A DNA stretch of 61,865 bases, counting the filler, from Catajapyx aquilonaris (taxonomy: Eukaryota): the NCBI GenBank assembly GCA_000934665.2. It is 3 parts of 3 records of this genome, joined end to end, with 100 filler letters (N's around TTAATTAATTAA, not from the genome) between each part and the next. Parts side by side here need not be neighbours in the genome. Positions count along the whole stretch, not along the records: positions 1 to 17,108 come from KZ539630.1; positions 17,209 to 35,833 come from JYFJ02007031.1; 1 more part is not named here. One strand, given 5' to 3'. This document shows positions 13,501 to 24,599 of the stretch, piece by piece; the first letter of the stretch is position 1; each line of letters starts with the position of its first letter. The notes beneath the pieces are model-generated. The model saw only the letters and a program-made list of their open reading frames with translations. It made no database searches and had not been told where the DNA came from. The position numbers and the translations under genes are program-made.

Positions 13501-16500
13501 TTTTACCAGGAGGGAGAAACTCCATGTGCACAATTCCTAAAATGTCAAAGAAAATGATCAGCATTGAGTTGATTTTGCCGTGCACTTGGCGCGCCACCTT
13601 TGAAGCTGTTAAACTACTCATATGTTATTGCTTGTCTTACAACTTGCTCATCAAAAGCCTTGTTCAGCATTTGGTTGGTTGCATCCGAAGTTTTGTTGAG
13701 CTGGAAGCAAAATTTAATACAAATCTTTTGCTCCCTAGCATCAGCCATTTCGAAAAATCGCAGAAGCACAAGAACACGGTGTCAAGAAAACTGCCGAAAC
13801 TCCGAAACATGTGCACCTATGAAGACGAGATTTTTCAGACTAATAGATGAAAGGTGCACCTAGCGCCCCCTAACGTCACAAGTTCGTAGCTCCACTGGTT
13901 TGCACGGTATATCGACAGTCCGGGAACTTTTTGATCACACCTCGTATATTTAGCTAGTGCCCTTGAAAGGTAAACTACCCCCTAGGGGTCGTCCATATAC
14001 CACGTGACCGATTTTCGGACACTNNNNNNNNNNNNNNNNNNNNNNNNNNNNNNNNNNNNNNNNNNNNNNNNNNNNNNNNNNNNNNNNNNNNNNNNNNNNN
14101 NNNNNNNNNNNNNNNNNNNNNNNNNNNNNNNNNNNNNNNNNNNNNNNNNNNNNNNNNNNNNNNNNNNNNNNNNNNNNNNNNNNNNNNNNNNNNNNNNNNN
14201 NNNNNNNNNNNNNNNNNNNNNNNNNNNNNNNNNNNNNNNNNNNNNNNNNNNNNNNNNNNNNNNNNNNNNNNNNNNNNNNNNNNNNNNNNNNNNNNNNNNN
14301 NCCCCCCCCTCCCCCCAAAACGGTCACGTGGTATATGGACGACCCCCTACCCTCCTGATTGTTAATGTAAAAATGTGGCGTAATTACAAGGTGTCCCATA
14401 AGTCTGAACTCGTAGGAATTTCTCGTAGTACAGTGTTTTAGCATTATTATGTAACCATAGTAACAATTTCATAGTGACTTTAAAATTTTAATTTAATTGC
14501 ATTTAAAATTAATTGCATTTGATTTTTTCTGGAACACCCTGTAGGTGAATTTTTTCGGCATTTTACATGCAAAAGGACCACCACAGCTAAAATGATAAAT
14601 ATTGGAGCATATTGTTTTTCATTAATATCACTCCTAGTACAAATGGTCAAAAAGAGAAGAAAATGGTTGAAAAAACTCAGGCGTCAAAGGGTTCCATGGA
14701 CAAAGCAGTGATCTTGACTAATCTGTCTCAGCTATCATCATTGTGAATCCAAATTCTCCTCAAATTTATTTAAAAATAGTTATGTAAAATGCATGGATCA
14801 TAAAAAGTTTTTTCTTTCTCGATGAAGATTGAAATAATTATATGGGATCAACATTGCCTTTCACTTATGCATTTGCAGATAGTCATTTAAATATAGCCAG
14901 TATGTGTAGCATTACAAGTCAAGTTTGTATCAATCATGTGGGACTCAAAAATTCCTGCAATGTAAAACCTGGTCTGGAAAGGGTGTGAATATGAATGGTT
15001 CAAAAGGGTCAAGTGACATTTGAATTTTGATGAAATGGAGAGGAAATGGGGCACATACTGGTGGCATTGTGAAGGTCTGTCAGATAGTCAAGCTTTATCA
15101 CAGTAGGAGAAGCATAGGTGGTGATATGTTGTGACTTGTATGTTGGATTGAAGGAGAAAATGGTTGACAGTGTCGTTTTGTCAGGTAATGGTTTTTGAAC
15201 TACAGGGTGGGCGGAAAGAAACTACCTATTAGAAACGTGTAATAACTTGGTCAAATATTGCTCAATTTTCATGAAACAAGTTTTATTTTGTAAGTTGCAA
15301 TGGGAGAATTTATACACCCACCCACAAGATGGTAGAATCAGTCCTGCAAGTAGTCAAAATGGTGCATCGCCTTAGTGTGTGAGAGTTGCTCTCTCCACTT
15401 CATTGGCCCCTTCCTCTTTCGAAATATCATGAATTGAGAGCTGTATCTTTTCATGCTTCAAGGTCAATTATGGCTGATCATGATACAATGAGATAACTTT
15501 AACCATATCTTCATGCAAGATGATGCACCCCAATATAGGTCTGTGGCGGGCATTCCAAATCGCCTACAGAAATTAATGGAAAACTTTGGTTTCTACTGTA
15601 TATGGAATTTTAAGTTTGCTGACAAATTCTCCCATTGCAAGTTACAAAATCAAATTTCTTTCATGAAAATCGAGCAATTTTTGGTGTACAATGCTAGATA
15701 GTGCCTGTCATGCTTGTTCTGGTTAGAACAGAAGTCATGGAACAGATTTTTTCATTCAAACGTCACAATTCCCATTTTCAAACATCTGAGCCTTTAAAGT
15801 GTTAAAGCATATTGTCACTGTTCTGACAAAACCTCGTAAACGAAAAAAAAAAAAAATCACAGGAGACACAAAAAACCGTTTTCCGAAGGCATGAGTCGTA
15901 ATAAAATTCTGAGTCAATATTCCTAGCTTGCACTCCAAGATTGATGCAGGAGTCCTACCACGTGCTCAGCTGTCATGGCGGAACTGTTTCTTACGTGGTT
16001 TTGCCTTGGGTTTTGCGCACAGAAAGGCTTCCAACTGGATACGTGTTTTGGTCATGTGACCGCATGGAGCTTTTTCATTGGGCCAACGGTTACGAGGTTT
16101 TTGCCGGACGGAAATGGTGCCAGATTGTTCTCGAATGTGCAATAAAACGTAATCGGCGCCTGGTGGCGCTTATGAGGTTTTGTCAGAACAGCGACGATAT
16201 GTTGTTCAGTAGCTCTGCCCAATTTATATCTGAGTGATTAATCAAGATGATTCAAATGTAGCAAAAGGAGACTAATAGGAACAACACAAGAAATTGTTTC
16301 ATTTGAAAATGCATTGGTTATAAAAATGGCTCTTCAGCACATTTATGTTGTTGATTCCAGTTTTATGTGAAGTCCACCCCCACATTTGACATGTCCAGCA
16401 CAACTAATAGTCCACCATTATTCTTACAGCCAACCTCCACAATGCCAGAATGTTGGGGTATCTTCCTCACCAGTTCCACTTGGACAGTAAGAGGGTTGCT

Positions 16501-16824
16501 CCTCCTATGTTGCCCCCCATCTACAAGGGGGACCGCCCTTCATTTTCTCCCCTTAACCATGGGATGTTGCACAAAGATCACAACCGCCTACCTTATCCCT
16601 TGGGCCGCCTTCACATACCACCACCTCGGTTTGGCAACCCTCCATCTCTAGATGTCTTCCTTAACGAGAAGCACATCAACTACCTATCATACCAAAGACG
16701 AGAGGAAGAGGAGTATGATGAGTATGCAGGACTCATGAGCAACAAGGAGAAGCAGAAGCTCATGCACATCCAGCTGATGCAGTTGCACACGGACAAGCCT
16801 TTTGTTGAGGACTATTACTACATG
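746..16824 (+). CDS. PATL1: Protein PAT1 homolog (mRNA decapping activator / P-body scaffold), 5' six exons; 3' part missing
   Basis: Phase-consistent GT-AG exons 746-784 (MADSFFGFDTNLE), 4914-5016 (EEDAYDALNSETFG), 5361-5479 (GDWEEDHEKY), 9312-9653, 12218-12614 (Pro-rich), 16430-16824 (EYAGLMSNKEKQKLMHIQLMQLHTDKPFVEDYYYM); 1395 nt = 465 codons. The motifs match the Pat1 N-terminus and the start of the Mid domain. No later exons were found beyond the linker at 17109. Confidence 0.92.
1860..2700 (+). repeat. Interspersed repeat (second copy about 7255-7590), interrupted by a MITE
   Basis: The blocks aaagtagcatgctggtataa...gaggggaaccccctactcca...cactggtagg occur in both copies. Confidence 0.75.
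2158..2617. mobile_element. PIF/Harbinger-type (Tourist-like) MITE
   Basis: TIRs aagccagtatcgacgtaagagtttc / gaaactcttacgttgatactggctt, TAA duplicated on both sides; absent from the sister repeat copy near 7510. Confidence 0.85.
3255..3553 (-). mobile_element. tRNA-derived SINE, family A
   Basis: Reverse strand has A box TGGTGTAGTGG and B box GGTTCGAATCC. Exact 16-bp TSD tgataatatgattatg at 3239-3254 and 3554-3569. Homologous to 9766-10015 and 47775-48055. Confidence 0.85.
3575..3835. repeat. Degenerate foldback (palindromic) MITE-like element
   Basis: Imperfect inverted arms, e.g. gaaaacacagaaacacat vs atgtgtttctgtgttttc and tcatcctaattat vs ataatttggatga. Confidence 0.6.
3841..4460. mobile_element. 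Tc1/mariner-type MITE with a probable nested Harbinger-like MITE (about 4180-4355)
   Basis: Outer ends cagggtgaag / cttcaccctc-ta; inner ends taa-ggtgcgtttacat / atgtaaacgccgc-tttaa. Confidence 0.55.
6012..6343. mobile_element. Foldback Tc1/mariner-type MITE
   Basis: TA-cagtgctggaca ... tgtccagcactg-TA with near-perfect inverted arms of about 140 bp. Confidence 0.9.
6350..7240. mobile_element. Non-autonomous element built from three copies of a ~215-bp module (two inverted, one direct)
   Basis: 6351-6565 is the reverse complement of 6653-6874; 6940-7150 repeats the second arm directly. Confidence 0.8.
8911..9148 (-). mobile_element. tRNA-derived SINE, family B (partial copy about 39245-39315)
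   Basis: Reverse strand head ggggccgtggtagtctagtggtta...ggttcaaatccc, A-rich tail, flanking tttcacttttt direct repeat. Confidence 0.8.
9766..10015 (+). mobile_element. tRNA-derived SINE, family A
   Basis: A box tggtgtggtgg, B box ggtttgaatcc, AAAT tail, approximate TSD ataatgcaa..aaac on both sides. Confidence 0.85.
10451..11276. mobile_element. hAT-like non-autonomous element with subterminal gattataatc repeats and an internal hairpin
   Basis: TIRs cagggttggca / tgccaaccctg; repeated gattataatc at both ends; (AAT)n microsatellite; internal palindrome 10842-10988. No 8-bp TSD recognisable. Confidence 0.7.
13038..13944 (-). mobile_element. Internally deleted mariner transposon (transposase pseudogene) in a PAT1 intron
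   Basis: TA-cgaggtgtgatcgaaaagttcctggactgt ... acagtccgggaactttttgatcacacctcg-TA. Minus-strand fragments SMLIIFFDILGIVHMEFLPPGKTVNGKSYC and RWNCCIRAQGDYFEG. Confidence 0.92.
13985..14347. mobile_element. MITE spanning an assembly gap; second copy starts near 16921
   Basis: TIRs ggggtcgtccatataccacgtgaccg / cggtcacgtggtatatggacgacccc. Confidence 0.8.
15203..15680 (+). mobile_element. Decayed Tc1/mariner-superfamily deletion derivative
   Basis: Starts TA-cagggtg; inverted block about 15255-15310 vs about 15622-15680; peptide remnant IFMQDDAPQY (cf. FMQDGAP.H) fused to a C-terminal-like IPNRLQKLMEN. Confidence 0.6.
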
Positions 16825-17108
16825 GTAAGTCAAAGATAATGGGACAGAGTGAATTTTCATCCTTTTGAATTAGTAGAATTATTAAATTATTGCTAACATG
16901 ATATGGTGAAGCTAGTGATAAGGGGTCGTCCATATACCACGTGACCGATTTTCGGGCATTTTTTGATCCCCTCCCCCCCCCTTTTTCACGTGGTTTTTTA
17001 AAATGTCAATGTTATCAGGAAAAAACGCGATCGAAATTGATAGCTCCTCAACTAAACTGTTTAAGCACGTAAAAAACATGTCTCCCCATGTTTTCGGGGT
17101 CGCTGATT

Positions 17109-17208
17109 NNNNNNNNNNNNNNNNNNNNNNNNNNNNNNNNNNNNNNNNNNNNTTAATTAATTAANNNNNNNNNNNNNNNNNNNNNNNNNNNNNNNNNNNN
17201 NNNNNNNN
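17109..17208. other. Artificial assembly linker
   Basis: 44 N + TTAATTAATTAA (stops in all six frames) + 44 N. Confidence 0.95.
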
Positions 17209-17396
17209 ATGCATTATTATCGTTTTCACAACCTTGGACAGGTCCCCCATCACCCCCTCTGCCGTGTTACTCCCCTTCAATGCCAACACTGACTACTTCA
17301 CAAAATAATGTACTGGTGTACTTCAAGTGTTATTGTCCGTACAGAGGGGATATGACTGTATTGTTTTGATATACCCCTCATAGGGAAATGTCGTGA

Positions 17397-17397
<1 letters not shown>

Positions 17398-17451
<54 letters not shown>
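17398..17451. repeat. (GTT)n microsatellite
   Basis: About 18 perfect GTT units. Confidence 0.95.
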
Positions 17452-17452
<1 letters not shown>

Positions 17453-18079
17453 TTATATTGACCCCAGAATCGAACTGGGATAACTGTAATCAAAATGACC
17501 CTTTTGACATATCACATACAGTATTATTGATAATTATCCGACATTTAATGCCACTTACTGATTTTCTGGATCTGGATCGCCCGGTTCATATTTTGGTCAA
17601 TATATTAAATTATGCCATGAAACTTTGAGAGATTTACAACATTTTCATATTTAGAGGAAAAGTTAGGTACATTTTTCACGTTCTGAAACACTATTACCAT
17701 TATTGTCATTACTCGGACATTATCTAAGGAAGATTCTACCCTAAACAGAGCCAGAGAAGAACCAACGAACTCTGCTCGAGATGCGAGGGGTGGAATGCTT
17801 GGGCCTCTGTTGTCTAACCTGAAACCCTTCCATCCATGTATTGTTGACAGTATCAGCATGAAAAATAAATCATTCTGTATTCATGGTGGACCCTCAGTGC
17901 TGCAATTGGACTTTGGTTTCTGAATAAAATGGTTGAACGAGATGCAGTGGGATCTTTTTTTTTTTTTTTTACAAAGTGTCATCTGCGCGTAAAGGTACTG
18001 TACATCGGAAGGAATTCTGTTGGAAAATTTCATTGGACGAAATGACTTTGAACTAAAGTGGTTTGGGCGAAGTGGCATG

Positions 18080-18224
18080 TACTATGGGGTTCAAATTCTT
18101 TTGGCCACTTTATCCTGGTCTTCAAGCAACCCTTCGCACAGGCCCCACGGTAAGTAAGTGTGTGTGCGTGAAGGGTTGCTTCACGACCAGGATAAAGTGG
18201 CCAAAATAATTTGAGCCCCATAGT
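18080..18224. mobile_element. Short foldback MITE
   Basis: TA-ctatggggttcaaatt...ggccactttatcctggtc vs gaccaggataaagtggcc...aatttgagccccatag-TA. Confidence 0.8.
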
Positions 18225-20695
18225 ACCGTAACAGAAGTTTCTTGTACCGTACTGCACAACAATATAATACAGTATAATTTTAGGTCGATTAAATGTGGGC
18301 TATAATGCAACTCCAATCAATGGGGTGTCGGGTAATATGTAATTATGAGGGGGGAGGGAACGCATAAATAATCAGCAGGGAGGTTGAAAAGAGGGGAAAA
18401 GGGGCCATGATCACTTGTACTCCCTTATTTTTCTCACCCAATATATTTATCAGTTTATCTTGATAATAGCCAGAGAGACAGAGTGGCTTTGTCTTCTTCC
18501 CACTCAATCAATCATCACCAATTTATCATTTACATTGCTATTCCTGTTAATCAAATCTACGTAATTAAATGTGAGACACAAGGACCTAGCTCCTGAATTG
18601 CCAAGTTAGTACAGCAGTTATTGCTGTCTACAAGTTGGCACAAATTAATAAATCTACTTATACCCCACACCTTATTTTGTTTATACGTCGTAAGTAGTAC
18701 TGAACACAAAGCCATTCTTCTCCATGCTGGAGCATTGCTGAACAACAGTTCGCAGATTGACATTATTTCCAGCTGGATGATCATATAATCTGTTCTCCAT
18801 CCCGCGTTCTCGAAACTTATGCAGAATGTTCCATACTCCATATTGAGACAAGCAAGTATTTCATAAATTAATGTGCTTATAGGTTTGGTTAGCCATCCCT
18901 TTAGCATTTCCAACTTAGGTTTTCAAGAATTAAAAGTGATTAAGTTGACAAAAAGTGGAAACAGCATGAAGGAAACTTCCCACTTAGTGTATAATATTAT
19001 GTTCATGCATGAAACTGCTCTCCACTGGTTATTTTCCTTTCTCTGAACTCTGGAGGAATGCAGAAGTACAGTCAGAATGATTTTTTTTCCACAGACGATA
19101 AGGGAAGTGTCAGCCTGGTACAGTCTCCATTGTCTCCTCAGCATTCCAGACGACAGACATTCGCACGAGGTAATTAGGCGTCATTTGTAGTGAGCGTGGT
19201 GCTGTTACTGCTGTACTTGGTATTTACAGTGAGGTTTCGTCGAAATAGTGCAGTGGACTTCGGGTTTTGTAAGTGAAGTGCTAATATTTAGGCTAAAATT
19301 ATTGAACTTAGTCACCTCAAAAAGTTCCTGTCTGTGACCTCGGAAAACTCATTATACTCACATCTAAATCCGCTTTTATTTGATGTAAGGGGTGGCTAAA
19401 GGTGAAGGTGACTCTCGTACTTCCGTGACACCAAGAATCTCCCATTTTGCACTCTCGTGAACAAAGTTACAAGGGAAATTACGTGTTCACGGGATTTCAC
19501 AATGTTCAGCCACCAACTGGCCACCACCCATGCGCATGAAATTCACGGAGAGTCACTTAGGGCCAGTTTATCTTGAAATTTCGCTTCCATTTCCATTTTC
19601 ATATATTTCTTTGCGGAATTATTTTATTTTTGTCTTTGTCGTTGTCTCCCCTCATCAGTCCAAAAAATGCACTGGCACAATCTCACCGTGTTTGACGGTA
19701 GCCTATATGGTTTCACTGTTGGTGACATGGAAGCGAAAATTAATGTCAGCTTCACGTGTTTTACCCCTTTTATTAAATAAAAGCCAGAAATACTTTTATA
19801 AATACAGTAGAACATCTCAGAGGCCATGATGCACCATCGCATCGTCAGTTATTAATTCTTGTCCACAATGAATAACAATGGTAACCCCGAGTTTCGAGAA
19901 AAACTTACGACTGGGAAATCCGGTGCAAGTTGTAGCTCTCTAAATTGCAGAAAAATGCGGAATTGTTTAATTGCAAAGCAGAAGATTAACTTCTATTGGG
20001 ATATGAATTATTACGTTTTCAAGGTCTCCATAACTCAAACTGTTGGAAATTACTTATTAAATTGCTGCATTTAAAAACTTTCACAGGTTGACGTTTGTGT
20101 CATATTCGTGCAGGTTAATCCACCTAACTGCCTAATAGTTGAAAGAGAAGAAAACTACGTGGAATAAATAGTAAGTATACGAGCCAACCTCTTTGTATTT
20201 TTCCGGTGACCTTTATTTAGAGTGAAATAGATTCATCAGAGCTCTATTATGAATAGTTTTTTCCCCAAAAATGAAGTGTCAACATTATGGGAGAAAGGTT
20301 TTGTTTATAGAGAGACACCATATCGCTTTTAAAAATAATATAAGATTAAACACTCTGGAAATAAAGGTATTTATCAATGTACAACTTTGCTCTATGACAC
20401 TTTTTAAAGCTTCTCTGTATCTGGATGTTGGGTATGGAATGTGTGCCCACCATCCACACTCCCACTTCCTGCACAATCAGGCCTGGCATGATGTATCAGT
20501 TCCGCTGCATGGTGAACCAGCTATGACTCCAATCACAATAATTTATTCAGTGTTTTTATGGAGATTCGAGTGGTAGAAATTCCATTGTATTTATGCTTAT
20601 GCATACACATCTTCTTCCAAAGTTAAGCAGCTACGGGCCTGTCTTACTAACCTCAGACATGGAAGTTGAATTTGATCTTCTATGCAGGTAGAGCA

Positions 20696-22477
20696 ATGGC
20701 CCAGTACCTCAGGATGAATAAGTCAGGAGACGACGCACAGGCATTGGTGGAGAACGTAGAAATGGAAGTCATTGAGGGCAATGAAGGAAATTTGGATGTG
20801 ACTGATCTCCATGGAGCTGCTTGGTTGGGTAACGATGAAGAGGTAACCAAATATTTGGATGAAGGTGGAATGCAGGTGGACCAGGTGGATGACCAGACAT
20901 ACACCGCACTCCATTTGGCGGCCTCCCAAGGTCACAAATCAACATGTAAGCTTCTGATCGAGAGGGGAGCAGGAGTAAGGATTCAAGCCTTCAATGGAGA
21001 TTCTGCAATTCACTTTGCTGCCAAGGAAGGTCACTTGGAGGTTGTTGATCTCCTTCTTGAGTCAGGAGCAAAGGTATGTGACACTGGAGAGAATGATCAG
21101 ATGCCTCTTCACTACGCACTGCGTAGGCATCATTTGGATATGGCTCGACATCTCATCTCTTCAAAGGGAGCTGATGCAACAGCCATGGACGGGTTTGGAG
21201 TAAGAGCCAGCCAGCTGGCAAATGGGCTGCTGATGGAAGTAAGTGCACTAGTCATATAGGAATCATTGCTATTTCAATAAGTCAAAAATTGAATAGGTAT
21301 AGTGGCTATCGCCAGAGCCCTTCCGTCTCTGAGCTCCCGAGTTCAATCCCTGGGTCAGACACAGGGTCCACAGCTTTGTCGCCGAGATAATAATTATTGC
21401 AGTTAGTCAAAGTGTGCATTGTTCTAGATGCTACATAGCGGACACAGTCTATACAATACTTCAATCATGTTGGGCACTGCCTTCTGCGCCTGATGAGATC
21501 ATAATTTAAATTAAAGTTGTATTTTATAACATCCAACATTTAAATGAAAAAGGCAACAATAAGGAATCATGCATACAGACATTTTAAATTTTGTTAAATT
21601 TATCGCTCCTGAACATGTGCGATTCACACATTGAGAATTGCCAATCATCTATCATTCGCAGAAAAATTAAAGTAATATTCTGGAAGATTCCTAGTACCTT
21701 GTGGTTATTTCCAATGCAAAAAGGACATGGCACAAAATGTATGGGCCAGTGGCCTTCCGTTCGATTTGCCTGAAAATGGAATATGTTGTAGCTCAGACTG
21801 TCCTGATCAATGTTCGATAGGGACATTTCGAGGTAGGACGTACGCCTTTAATCATAACCTGTCCTGTGATTGGTTTTGATTGTGGGAAGAAACGGGAGAT
21901 ATCCGAGAAAACCCACGCGAACACGGAGAGAACCCATCAAAACTCTATCCACATTAAGTATCCTCTGTACGATCCGGGGATCTAACTCTGGACCTCAGAG
22001 GTGGAAGGATGTGGCGATAATCACTTCACCACCTTAAAAATTTTTACATCTGCATGACCACTATCCTTATCCAGAAACTTCTCTCCATTCCAAAATAACT
22101 GAAACTGAAACCAACAATTTATTATTATTCCTCATGAGAATTTGTGCGTACAGCAGGAGCAACAGCCACTGGTCAACGGCAATGATAAGGAATCAGCCCA
22201 GCCAATAAGCGATGTAACGAATGAAGCTGTCATCAGCAATGCACCAAGTGATGATGAGAAAGGCAATTGTGCCCGACCATGGAAGAAGGTTATTTTTAAG
22301 TTTCTCTACATCATTATGGTGATGTTGGGTAGCACTTGTGGTTACTTGATGTTCAAACACTATTTGGGGAATACAGTCAAATGGATGGGATCATTATTTG
22401 GTGCTTTGGCTGCTGATATACTGTGGAATGTTCTGACACGTTTTCAGACTCTGTTAGGTCGCTTTACTTGGATGTAA
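20696..22477 (+). CDS. Ankyrin-repeat protein with two predicted C-terminal transmembrane helices (288 aa from this ATG; may extend upstream)
   Basis: Exon 20688/20696-21238 encodes about 4-5 ANK repeats (TDLHGAAWLG, TALHLAASQGH, SAIHFAAKEGHLEVVDLLLESGA, MPLHYALRRHH) and ends at a gtaagt donor. Exon 22154-22477 is in frame and encodes hydrophobic stretches VIFKFLYIIMVMLGSTCGYLMF and WMGSLFGALAADILWNVL, then TAA. Confidence 0.85.
21292..21510 (+). mobile_element. Degenerate tRNA-derived SINE
   Basis: A-box-like taggtatagtgg and B-box-like gagttcaatccc; 3' boundary approximate. Confidence 0.5.
21856..22033 (-). mobile_element. tRNA-derived SINE with a V-domain-like central region
   Basis: tgtgggaagaaacgggagatatccgagaaaacccacgcgaacacggagagaac...aaactc resembles the reverse complement of the V-SINE core; degenerate tRNA head at about 21975-22033. 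Confidence 0.65.
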
Positions 22478-23244
22478 AATGTTTGCACCCAAGGAAAAAC
22501 AAGCCCTTCAGGCTCCAACTCCCAAATGATTTTTTAAATTATACATTCTCTTATTACTTTTTATCACTTTTATCATCGTGACCTGGGATCCCAAGTGTCC
22601 CAGGCCTTTTATGCAGTTATCTTGTAGCCCATATCCCCCTGCAGATTGTCTCACCCTGACTTAGCAGCAGCAGTAGTGGGACTACAGGAAAAAGGGCCCG
22701 AAATCCACATATGATACATAGTATGTAGATAAAAGATTCCTTCTGATTTATAGGATGGATTTTGTGGTGTTCCAAGTTGTCCCTAATTATATTAGCTGAA
22801 CAAGTAAAATTATGTCTTTAAATATGTTTTCTGGGTAGTGAAAACCTACCCTTGAAAGTTAGGAATTTGCAATATTTTCACATTTCAAATGGCCACATGG
22901 GGTACTAGGAACCTGCCAGAATTTGAGTTTTAATTTCGTGTGAAACTGGTAGATAATTGGCAATTTTTTTCAGATGCATGTTGTTCACTTGGTTGAACAA
23001 TGTGGCAATAACACCGTGATGGAAATCACGATCGCGCTCATTTTTTTATATTTACAAATTATGGTTTGTGAATAATATGCGACACAATACGTAAATTGAC
23101 CATCATTTGAAATTGTCTTCAACATTAAAGTTTAAATTTTGCCCAGTTCCTAGAACTTTCTTTGGCCATTAAAGATGCAAAAAAATCACATTTCAAACAC
23201 AGGTTTTCGCTGCTCAGAGAATAGACATTTAAACAAGATTGGGA

Positions 23245-23690
23245 AATCACGTGAGCGTGATTAAATTAGACTTTTTCTCATTCTTTCAAGTAGACGTGTG
23301 CGGATAGAGTGAACCCGGAAAACCGGAAGTGGCTGGTTACCTGAAGTTGACAATGACACCTATTTAGGTTACGTTTAATCCGAATATGAAAACCGTTTAT
23401 CACCATCTTTTGCGGTTGAGGACCTGATACCTGTCCACAGACGGACGGACGGACAGAGCCGTTCTTTTTTTTCGAAGATGAGAAGAAGTCTAAAACTGAG
23501 ATTTACGCGAGGGGTTATTCACTAAGGGTACAAGTCCGTGTACACCTTCGTGGGTAAGTCCGAGGGTAGTCCGGGAGTAGTCCGGGAGTAGTCCGGGGGT
23601 AGTCCGGGGGTAGTCCGGGGGTAGTCCGGGGGTAGTCAGTGTAGGCCTACGCAAAAAAATGTAAGTGAATAAACCCCTCGGGTTTACGTC
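23245..23690 (+). mobile_element. DINE-1/Helentron-like non-autonomous element with (GACG)n and a 10-bp gtagtccggg tandem
   Basis: Core aaccggaagtgg...acctatttagg...aatccgaat...tacctgtccacagacggacggacgg; related copies at about 51915-52085 (-) and 52355-52510 (+). Confidence 0.6.
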
Positions 23691-24599
23691 TTAACTTAAT
23701 ATAATCAGGGACAACTTCCAACAGAAATTATTTTGGTACACCACAAAAAATATATTTCCTGGGAGATCTGAAATGCACGACACGAGTCACAGTAGCAATA
23801 TCACATAATTATGAGGGTTTTATGCTTGGGGATTGTTCGATTGTATAACTATAACTTATCAGTTGTTGGATGAGTTTCATTCCAAATTTCTCTTGGTGAC
23901 TGTAATTACTCAATATGAGGAATCTGACTTGACCATTCGAAATTGCTATTCCGCGAACTCTATAGATGCTGTTAAACAATTCATAACTCACCTTTGACCA
24001 AAATGTAACTCTGATCTTTTTGCATTTTCTGATGTCATGTGATGTCTAAGCCCCCATCATCCTAACACTGACAAGTGAGATTGAAGACGATCACAGTAGA
24101 ACACTCCACAGGATTATTGTAGGTGTGTTACACTCTGCACTACGTGTGTTTTCCGGGTACTTTCCAATATATATTCTGGAACCAATGATTATATCATGAT
24201 TTTCTCTTCCTCTAGTCTAGTGTAGTGGTTAAATACATACTTTGTGAATTTAGTTACGTCACTGTTGCTTGTAACAACCCTCTTTTAAGTTTATGCTGGG
24301 GTAGCGATAATACTGTACAATACTTAAAAAATGGAAAGAGAACGTCAAATTAACCATCATCGCTTGACGCACTGTACGACCAAATCCTAAGTGCTTCAAA
24401 CAAATCCCAGTTATGGTCATATAACAAGACATTTTCCCTCCCGAAAGGTACATAATAATAAGGTACTTAGTTTAAATTTTATTCGCCCTGATGCATGGTG
24501 AAAAATGCTACCAGCTCCTAACTGTAATAACACCCAATATTACCATTGATTGTCTTGATATGAGTTTTACAAAACTGAAATTAGAAACCCCCTTAACAA

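Noticed and set aside
13950..14444. ORFs of 145-164 aa
   Set aside because: They run through an N gap.
17153..17164. TTAATTAATTAA as a biological motif
   Set aside because: Centred in exactly 44+44 N twice; a synthetic spacer.
18557..19144. Minus-strand ORFs (118 and 73 aa) as a gene divergent from the ankyrin gene
   Set aside because: No motifs or consistent splice chain; the plus strand gives better exon candidates.
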